DNA from: Felis catus
Lineage: Eukaryota
DNA: 64,000 nt
Assembly: GCF_018350175.1 (NCBI RefSeq)
Contig: NC_058369.1
Location: 8,186,001 to 8,250,000, forward strand
Direction: 5' to 3'
Under the pieces are notes generated by a model. That model had not been told where the DNA came from, did no database searches, and saw only the letters and a program-made list of their open reading frames with translations. Position numbers and translations under genes: made by a program. Shown piece by piece: positions 55,152 to 64,000 of this stretch; within the stretch, counting starts at the first letter, position 1, and each line of letters begins with the position of its first letter.

Positions 55152-55765
55152 TGTTAAATAACAAAATTCAACCGAGTAAATTTTCAGCTGGCTTTATTAA
55201 TCGATTCGAGAATCACGCAGCATTCCCATCTAGCAAGTGGAGCAGAGCTCCAAAGGACTTACGGAAAAGGGAAGTTTTTTAAGTTTATTTATTTATTTTC
55301 AAAGAGAGAGAGAGAGAGGGAGAGGGAGAGGAAGAATGCAAGCCAGGGAGGGGCAGAGGCAGGGAGGGAGAGGATCCCAAGCAGGCTCCGTGCTGTCAGC
55401 ACACAGCCTGACGCGGGGCTCGATCCCGCGAACGATGAGATCATGGCTTGAGCCGAAATCAAGAGTCAGACACTTAGCCAAGTGAGCCACCCAGGCGCCC
55501 CGAAAACAAAAGGTTTTTAGAGGTAGAGAGGGAGCGGCAGAAAGGAAAATATCAGCAAAGAACCCATTGTTTTAGGCGAAGTCACCCTCCTAAGGAGGAA
55601 TGGCAGGAGTCTTTCAGTACCTTTCCTAGAGCTAACCAGAAAATGGCCGGAGGCGACATTTCTGGAGGGCTGAACTGCAGTTAGGTCAAGTATCAACTCT
55701 TGCTTTACTGACTTGGGGCCTGAACCTAAGTGATGCCATTTGGGGCCTGTGGTTTTCTTTTTAAT
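55152..55765. mobile_element. Probable carnivore ERV-type solo LTR containing a CanSINE
   Basis: tgttaaa...ttttaa termini and similarity to remembered carnivore LTRs; family uncertain. Confidence 0.45.
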
Positions 55766-56289
55766 GTCCCCTTGGCAGAAGTGTTGAGGGGAAATATGGG
55801 TCCAGGCACCGAAGCTCTACTATTTTGGAGGAGACTTTTCAGAGACCAAATTATTACGCAAGAGCTCTCACGGAACCACAGTTTGAGAGCAAATAGCCCA
55901 CAAACTCCAACCTTTTAGTGGTGCTTAGCAAACCGAGGAGTGAAGGCTGGAGTTTTGGAAGTAGGTTTTGAGGACTGTATTTCTTGGAGTATCTCCTTAA
56001 AGGGTATATTTGCTGCAGGGTGGCCGCGTCTAAAAACTGAAACCAGTAAAAATGAACACGTGGAAGCAGCAGTTTACCCCAGGTCCATTCTTGTCATGCA
56101 ACACCACAGTCATTAACAAGGGAGGAAGATTCACAGACTCCAACGTGGACGGATGTCCAGGGTGTGCACTGAACTAGCAAAAGCAAGTTTCAGAAGGGGC
56201 GGAGATAAATTCCCCAGGGTTGAACTGCTGGCTTAAAGGATGTGTGCATGGTGGATCCACGCCCATAAGGGTGGCCATAATAACGCCTG

Positions 56290-56960
56290 GAAAATAACCA
56301 GTGATAGCAAGGGGCTGGAGAAATTGGAACCTGTGTGCTGTTGTTGGGAACGTAAAATAGTGGAACCGTTGTGGAAACAATGTGGTAGGTCCTCAAAAAG
56401 TTTAGAACAACCACATGACCCAGAAATTCCCCTTCTGTGTATACAACCGAAAGAATTGAAAACAGGGAGGGGCGCCTGGGTGGCTCAGTCAGTTAAGCTT
56501 CCGACCTCGGCTCAGGTTACGATCTCACAGTCTGTGAGTTCAAGCCGCATGTCGGAGTTCTGTGCTGACAGCTCGGAGCCTGGAGCCTCCTTCGGATTCT
56601 GTGTCTCCCTTTCTCTGCCCCTCCCCCGCCCGTGCTTTTTCTCCCCCGCCTCAAAAAATAAATAAACATTAAAAAATAAAATTTAACAAGAATTGAAAGC
56701 AGGGACTCAGACTGATCTGTACACTTGTGTTTACAGCAGCATTGTTCACAACAAAGACGGAAGCAATATCCATCTGCAGAGAAATGGATAAAGAAACTGT
56801 GGTCTATCCGTACAATGGAATATTTATTATTCAGCCGTGCAAAGGAAGGAACCTCTGACACCTGCTACAACATGGACGAACCTTGAGGACGTCGCGCAGA
56901 GTGAAATAAGCCCATCACAAAAGGGCAAATACTGTGTGGGAGGAATTTAGAGTAGTCAAA
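56290..56960 (+). mobile_element. L1MB-like 3' fragment with an inserted CanSINE
   Basis: tggagaaattggaacc, cagcagcattgttcacaac, acctgctacaacatggacgaaccttgaggac; SINE TSD aagaattgaaa(a/g)caggga at 56451-56468 and 56688-56705. Confidence 0.82.
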
Positions 56961-57987
56961 ATGTTATTTAAAAAATTTTTTTTAATTTTTTATTTTTAAC
57001 GTTTATTTATTTTTGAGACAGAGAAAGAGAGACACAGCATGAACGGGGGAGGGTCAGAGAGAGAGGGAGACACAGAATCTGAAACAGGCTCCGGGCTCTG
57101 AGCTGTCAGCACAGAGCCCGGCGCGGGGCTCAAACTCGCGGACTGTGAGATCATGACCTGAGCCGAAGTCGGACGCTTAACCGACTGAGCCACCCAGGCG
57201 CCCCAGAATGTTATTGTTTTTAATGTTTATTTATTTTTGAGAAAGAGAGTGAGTGAGCAGGGAAGGGGCTGAGAGAGAGGGAGACACAGAATCCGAAGCA
57301 GGCTCCAGGCTCTGAGCTGTCAGCACAAAGCCCGACATGGGGCTCGAACTCACAAACCGCTAGCCGAAGTCGGCCACTTAGCGACAGAGCCACCCAGGCG
57401 CCCCATGAAGTCAGACACTTAACCAATTGAGCGACCCAGGCGCCCCCCCCCCCTTTTTTTTAAGTTTATGTATTTTCAGAGCGACACAGAGAGAGAGAAG
57501 TTGGGGGAGGGGCAGAGATAGAAGGGGGCTGAGGACCTAAAGTGGGTTCTGTGCTGACAGCAGGGAGCCCAATGGGGGGCTCGAACTCATGAACCACATC
57601 ATGACGTGAGCCCAAGTCAGATGCTCCACCGACTGAGGCCCCCAGGCGCCCCTTGATACATTATTAACTGAAGTCCACAGTTTACATTAGGGTTCCCTCT
57701 TGGTGTCGTACGTTCTGTGGGTTTTGCCAAAGGCATAATGTCCTGGATCCACTCCAGCATGTACAGAAGACAGTTTCACCGCCTTGAACATCAGACCCGT
57801 CCCTCCCCTGCAACCCCGGCTCTTTTCACTGTCTCTACAGATTCTATGTATAGCTATAGATCCCATTATTTATGGGACAGCTTTATTTACGCACCTACTG
57901 AAGGACATGCTGGTGACTTCCCCATGACCTGGCGGGTGGTGGCGGCCGGCAAGGGAGCGGCGCAGCGGCTGAGTGTGTGGCGCGTGC

Positions 57988-58006
57988 TGGCCACCAGAGG
58001 GAGCCA
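57988..58006 (+). promoter_or_regulatory. Candidate CTCF binding site
   Basis: TGGCCACCAGAGGGAGCCA is a near-consensus CTCF core in a CpG-enriched non-repetitive patch. Confidence 0.65.
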
Positions 58007-60339
58007 GATCCCCCCTTTTCTCCTCCACCAGGTCCGGGCCAACCATTTCCGTTCGTCCCCCTCCACCGTTCCCTGCACTAGGGTTGATCTCTTTGCCTCG
58101 AGCTAGGGCTGATCTGGAAGTCGGCGGGAGTCAGTCGTGGGCTTCGTCCAGAACCCCGCGGGGAGAAGTTAACGAACGGAAGGGCCAGCCAGACCTGCCG
58201 TCTGTAGACATGAGCCTGGCCATAGCGGAAGCAGGGAGAGAAAGAGGCCCGGGGCCCCGATTCCCCCGAGCGCGACGCCACCGTCCCTCTGCCCAAGGAT
58301 ACTTGTGTCTGGTTTCATAAGAAAGCAGGGTCTGAGGAGAGGAGGGGATGGCGTGGGAACCCAGTGGTTTCTCTTTGGTCTGAGGGACCCACTGGAGGCA
58401 AGGGGACCATAGTTAGTGAGGTGAGGGCTGTGGCCAGCTGCCCACAGAGCTCTTTTGTCACGTGTGCACAGGGCTCCCCGGTGAGTTCAGATGCAGGTGG
58501 GACTGGCCACCAGAGCGATGCCCTGCCTCGTCTTCACCCCGTGTGATTAAGGCTCTGTAGGGAACAGAGTGCCTGATCGATTCTTAAGGGCGTGTTTATT
58601 AAATGTTTATTTATTGATCATTAAAAAATATTTCTTGATCATTTTTGAGAGAGAGAGAGAACACAAGTGGAGGAGGAGCGGGGGGGTTGCGGGGACACCG
58701 AATCCCAAGCAGGCTCCGAGCTGTCAGCACAGAGCCTGACATGGGGCTTGAACTCACGAGCCACGAGATCATGACCTGAGCTGAAGTCAGACGCCCAACC
58801 GACTGAGCCCCCCAGGCACCCCTATAATTGTGATCGTTTATTTATTTATTTATTTATTTATTTATTTTTTTTTTTTAAATTTTTTTTCAACGTTTTTATT
58901 TATTTTTGGGACAGAGAGAGACAGAGCATGAACGGGGGAGGGGCAGAGAGAGAGGGAGACACAGAATCGGAAACAGGCTCCAGGCTCCGAGCCCTCAGCC
59001 CAGAGCCTGATGCGGGGCTCGAACTCACGGACCGCGAGATCGTGACCTGGCTGAAGTCGGACGCTCAACCGACTGCGCCACCCAGGCGCCCCTAACTGTG
59101 ATCGTTTTTAAGTGTCCAGTTCAGTGGCATTAACCACACTCACACTGTTGTGCAACCATCCTCACCATCCATCTCCAGAACTTTCTCATCTTCCCAAGCT
59201 GAAACTCTGTCCCCATGGAACACTGACACTGCCCCCCCCCCCCCCCCCCCCCCGCTCCCTACCCCAGCCACCGCCCCCATCGCTCTACTTCCGTCATTGT
59301 GAGTTTGACTCCTCTAGGGACCTCATATGAATGTAATCGTACAGTATTTGCCCCTCTGTGACTGGCTTTTTTCACTGAGAACAGTGTCCCCGAGGGCCAT
59401 CCGTGTTGTAGCGGGTGCTGGAATTTACTTCCCGCTCGAGGGTGACTCCTAAGAGGGACTTCCTTCCGTCACGTTGCTGTTTCGTGCCTTATTTTCTACC
59501 TCTTTTATGTTTTTTTTTGTAGTGAAACATCCCATTTTCTTTGTGGTTCCCCGGGGGGATTACATTCAGCATCTTGAAGTTAGAACACTAATTTGGATTC
59601 ATACCAGCTTAATAACGATAAGGAACAAAAGCTCCTTTACAGGAGCTGTTTCTTCGCACTTCTTTCGGTTGTCGGGGTCCCCAAATCACATCGTCATACA
59701 TCGGGTGTCCAAAAGCATAAACAGGGTCGCCTGGGTGGCAGCGGGGGAGCCTACTTGGGATTCTCTTGCTCCCTGTGCTCCTCCCCCACACGCTCTCTCT
59801 TGCTCTCTCTCAAAAATAAATAAACTTAAAAAAATTTCTCATTGTTTACTTTTGAGAGAGGGAAGGAGGGTGGAAGAGAGAGAGAGAGGGAGGGAGGGAG
59901 GGAGGGAGAACATGAGCCGGGGAAGGGCAGAGAGAGAAGAAGACAGAGGATCCGAATCGGGCTCTATGCTGACGGCACAGAGCCCAATGCGGGGCTCGAA
60001 TCCACGAACCGTGAGGTCATGAGCCGAGCTGAAGTCAGACGCTTAACCGACTGAGCCCTGCAAGCGTCCCTATACTTTTTTTAAAAAATAAAAAAAGGGG
60101 CAACCGGGGGGTTCTGTTGGTTGGGCATCCGACTTCAGCTCAGGTCGTGATCTCCTGGCTCGTGAGTTCGAGTCCCGCGTCGGGCTCTGTGCTGACAGCT
60201 CAGAGCCTGGAGCCTGCTTGGGATTCTGTGTCTCCCTCTCTCTCTGCTCCTCTCCTGCTCACGTTCTCTCTCTCTCCCTCTCTGTCTTTCTCTCTCAAAA
60301 ATAAGTAATAAAACATTTTTAAAAATTTAAAATAAAAAA

Positions 60340-61630
60340 AAACATACACCGATACATTTTGCAATATATTACTCTCCTAAATTATGTAGAAAGCAAACAG
60401 TAGAGTTACAAACTGCAGTCACAATGATACCAGTTTTCATAATTGCCCGCGTATTTATCTTTATCGAGCTCTTTATTTCTCCACAAGGCTTTAAGTTAAT
60501 GTCCTTCCAATGCACTCGCAGGACTCCTGCAGCATTTCCCACAGGGCAGGCCTGGTGGGAACGAACTCCCGTAGCATTAGCTGTTTGGAGAATGTCTTAA
60601 TTCCTCTCTCACCTTTTTTTTTTTTTTTTAATAAGGGCGCTTTCTTTTAATGTTTATTTATTTATTTTTTTTAGTTTTTTTTAAAGTTTTTTTTTTCAAC
60701 GTTTTTTATTTATTTTTGGGACAGAGACAGACAGAGCATGAACGGGGGAGGGGCAGAGAGAGAGGGAGACACAGAATCGGAAACAGGCTCCAGGCTCCGA
60801 GCCATCAGTCCAGAGCCCGACGCGGGGCTCGAACTCACGGACCGCGAGATCGTGACCTGGCTGAAGTCGGACGCTTAACCGACTGCGCCACCCAGGCGCC
60901 CCAATGTTTATTTATTTTTGAGACAGACAGAGACAGAGCACAAGCAGGGGAGGAGCAGAGAGACAGGGAGACACAGAATCCGAACCAGGCTCCAGGCTCC
61001 GAGCTGTCAGCACAGAACCCGATGCGGGGCTCGAACTCACAAACCGCGAGATCAGGACCTGAGCTGAAGTCGGACGCCCAACCGACTGAGCCACCCAGGC
61101 ACCCCTCTCTCTCGCTTTCAAAGGACAGTTTTGCCAGATGTAGGCTATTTGACGCTTCTCTTTTTTTGTACTTAGAACATATCAGGACACTGCCTCTGGC
61201 CTCCAAAGTTTCTGATGAGAAATCTGCTCGCGATCCGGAGGACCCTTCGTGTGATGAGTTGCTTCCCCCTTGCCCCTTTCAAGATTCGCATCGTCGCTGG
61301 CTGTCAGCAGTTTGGTAAGAACCCGGCCTGGTGTGGGTCTCTTTGAGTTCGCTCTGTCGGAGTTCATTGTGCTTCACGTCCGTTCCGCCAAATTTGGGAA
61401 GTCTGCAGCCATCGTTTCAAGCTCCGCGTCTGCCCCTTTGTCTCATTCTCCTCCTTCTGGAACTCCCACGAGGAGTATGTTGGTCTGCGTGATGATTTCC
61501 CACAAGTCCCCAAGGCTCTGTTTACTTTTCTTCATTCTTTTTTCTTTCTGTTCCTCAGACTCAATAAATACCATCGTCCCTACCTTCGTCTGTGCTGATT
61601 CTTTCGTCTGGCTGCTCAAATCTGCATTTG
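60340..61630 (-). mobile_element. Old antisense L1M fragment with nested CanSINEs
   Basis: ttggagaatgtcttaatt, tttcaaaggacagttttgccagatgtagg, gtttctgatgagaaatctgct, ccaaatttgggaagt. Confidence 0.72.
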
Positions 61631-62399
61631 AGGGGTTTTTTTTTCTTTCCTTTTAGGTTTTCTAACTCCTTAAAAAAAGATGTGTTTATTCATTTTGAGA
61701 GAGAGTACACACGAGAGCGAGGGGGAGGAGCAGAGAAAGAGGGAGAGAGAGAATCCCGAGCGGGCTCTGTGCTGTCAGCCCCGAGCCTGACGTAGGGCTT
61801 GAACTCGTAACCATGAGATCACGACTTGAGCTGAGATCAAGAGCCAGACACTCAACTGACTGAGCCGCCCAGGGGCCCCTAGGTTTTCTAACTCTTTATT
61901 AATATTTCCATTGTGTTCATACAGATACGGTTCCTGTTCCCTTGTTCCCATCTTACATGCGAGTGGCAGGACCTGAACTCAGGCACAAGCAGCCTGGTCC
62001 AACCTGAGGTCTTATCCACTGATTCTCCTTGGCAATGGCTTCTACATAGTTCACCTCTGTGAAGCAGGTCACCCTGGGACTGCTGGGTTAGTTACGTAAG
62101 AGGATACAGGGGCCAGGAGGCAAGAGACCGTTAGGTAACACGAGTTAAGAGACCATGCGCCTTAGCCTAAGAACAAAACAAAACAGCAAAAAATACAACA
62201 AAAACCTGTCTCCGTCACATTCAAAAGCGTTTAAGGAAACTAAGCTTCAGCATATAACACCTTGGAGAAGGGAATCAAGGTGACCTTTTCTTCAGCCCTC
62301 AAACGTGCTACATGCTTTCCAGATAGATGCCCATGAAGGCAGCACAGATTATCCAGTAGCCACCTAGGTATTCACCGTGTCCTAAAAACTCCCCTCGGA

Positions 62400-62661
62400 T
62401 CGTCTTCTGCCTGTCCCCCAACTTGCTCACGGAGTTCAAAGCTTTTCTTGAACATAAGCACACCAAGCACGGTCATACCTCAGGACCTTTGCACTTGCTG
62501 TTTCTTCTTCCTGAAAGCTCCCTCCCCTCCATATACCTGACTGATTCCATCCTTTCATTCTGGGCTCTGCTTAGCATCACCTTTTTATTTTTATTTTTAT
62601 TATTTTTGTAAAGTTTATTTATCTTTGAGAGACAGAGAGACAGCACGAGCCGGGGAGAGGC

Positions 62662-62706
<45 letters not shown>

Positions 62707-63050
62707 ACAGAATCTGAAGCAGGCTCCAGGCTCTGAGCTGTCAACGCAGAGCCTGATGTGGCTCGAACCCACAAACCACAAGGTCATGACGTGAGCCGAA
62801 GTCAGACGCTCAACCAACTGCGCCACCCAGGCGCCCCAGGGTCACCTGTTTAAAAGAGTGTTCCCTGACTACTCTGTCTGGGATCACTCTGTAGCCCCAA
62901 GCCCCACTTTGCCTTTCTTCCAGGTTCTTCTCGCTGGTCTCTTCTCTGCCCATCCCCCACGCTGAACGAAGGTCGGAAGAAGCCGGGCTCTGTCTCTCTT
63001 GTTCACTACCCCTTCTCCAGTGCCTGATACGTAGCACACACTCAGTCAAG
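62400..63050 (-). mobile_element. L2 fragment with an inserted CanSINE
   Basis: cctcaggacctttgcacttgctgtt...tcttgttcact...ccagtgcctgatacgtagc; similar L2 pieces at about 8765-8960, 41080-41400 and 42500-42980. Confidence 0.65.
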
Positions 63051-63052
63051 GT

Positions 63053-63397
63053 TACGAGCTGGATGTTTGTGTCCCTTCAAAATTCCCATGTTGAGATCCT
63101 AACCCCTCCGGTGACGGTATCAGGGAGGTCGGGCTCTTGGAAGGCGGTCAGATCTCGAGGCGAGAGCCCTCATGACCGGGATTTTTGACCCCAGGGAGCT
63201 CTCTCTTGCTCTTTCTCCACCAGGTGAGGACACCATAATACTTGTGCAAGCAAGGAAACGCACCCTCATCGGGAATCAAATGTGCCGCTGTCTCAGTCTT
63301 CCATTTCCCAGCCTGCAGAGCCTGCAGAGAAATCTCTGCTGTTTATAAGCCGTCCAGTCTATGGTATCTGGTAACAGCAGGCTGAGTAGGCTACGAT
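63053..63397 (+). mobile_element. MaLR LTR (MLT1A-like)
   Basis: tgtttgtgtccc..caaaattc..atgttgagatcctaacccc ... ctgctgtttataagcc..ccagtctatggtat. Confidence 0.75.
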
Positions 63398-64000
63398 CGT
63401 CATTAATTCATGAATGACTTTACATCCTGCACCTTAGGTTCTGTAGAGAGGGCTTTGAGGTGACCTCAAATGACAGCCTGGGTGGCTGCAAATGCGAAGT
63501 CCTGCCCGTTCACTCAGTCATGACCGGTACTCACTGGACCCCAGCCATTAGATGCTGGTGGCCATAGCTTATATTTAGATTTCTTGCCATCATAAAGCTA
63601 CTTTTTTTTTAATTTTTAATGTTTATTATTTTTGAGAGAGAGACAGAGCGTGAGTGGAGGAGGGGGCGGAGAGAGGGAGACACAGAACCCCAAGTGGGCT
63701 CCAGGCTCCCAGCTGTCAGCACAGAGCCCCACGCGGGGCTCGAACCCATGAATCGCGAGACCATGGCCCGAGCCGAAGTTGGATGCTTAACCCACTGAAC
63801 CACCCAGACACCCCTATGCTACTTTTTTTTTCAAAGAGTATGATTTCTAATAGCCTCTATGCTTGAGACCATACTTGAATTCTGTTCTACTTCGTCATGT
63901 GGTTGGGGGAAGGTCCCTCTGCCCGTACAATCTGAGGCCATTGCTCTGTGATACTCTGCTTTCAAATGCTGCCTTATACAGTCAAAGCCCATCATGAGCC

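Larger units (their letters stand above)
46158..63814. mobile_element. Intergenic cluster of about 30 CanSINE copies in both orientations
   Basis: Repeated ggggcgcctgggtggctcagtcggttaag / gagttcgagcccc bodies, starting at about 46158, 46356, 47021, 47519, 47877, 48660, 49301, 54261, 54463, 56469, 60097 (+) and 50020, 51232, 51637, 52068, 52440, 55275, 56965, 57215, 57454, 58600, 58840, 59840, 60664, 60903, 61680, 62582, 63602 (-). Confidence 0.92.

Noticed and set aside
46085..63866. Recurrent short ORFs such as MAQSVKRPTSAQVMIS...
   Set aside because: Translations of CanSINE consensus sequence, not a gene family.

Overview
Mammalian genomic DNA, most likely a felid (it is dense in carnivore tRNA-derived CanSINEs, including young feline-type copies). 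It is not prokaryotic, so nearly all entries in the six-frame ORF track are GC-rich or repeat-derived noise. Three complete spliced genes can be rebuilt by hand, all with GT-AG junctions and intact frames. CARM1/PRMT4 is on +, with 16 exons, CDS 135..38222 and 608 aa. YIPF2 is on -, with 8 coding exons plus 2 inferred UTR exons, CDS 43804..39861 and 310 aa. TIMM29 is on +, with 2 exons, CDS 44256..45119 and 260 aa. CARM1 and YIPF2 converge with predicted overlapping 3' UTRs, and YIPF2 and TIMM29 share a CpG-island bidirectional promoter. From about 46 kb to the end the sequence is repeat-dense intergenic DNA (CanSINE, L1, L2, MIR, LTR) with one strong CTCF-like site. This is a well-known conserved locus and I found no new multi-gene system. 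The most interesting observations concern translation and isoforms: a stop-free, in-frame, possibly CUG-initiated N-terminal extension of CARM1 that repeats the (Ala)n-GPGAG unit with only synonymous differences; an intron-15-retention frame giving an Arg-rich CARM1 tail; and a Met-Arg-stop uORF in frame with YIPF2. Repeat family names come from remembered consensus similarity and repeat boundaries are approximate.
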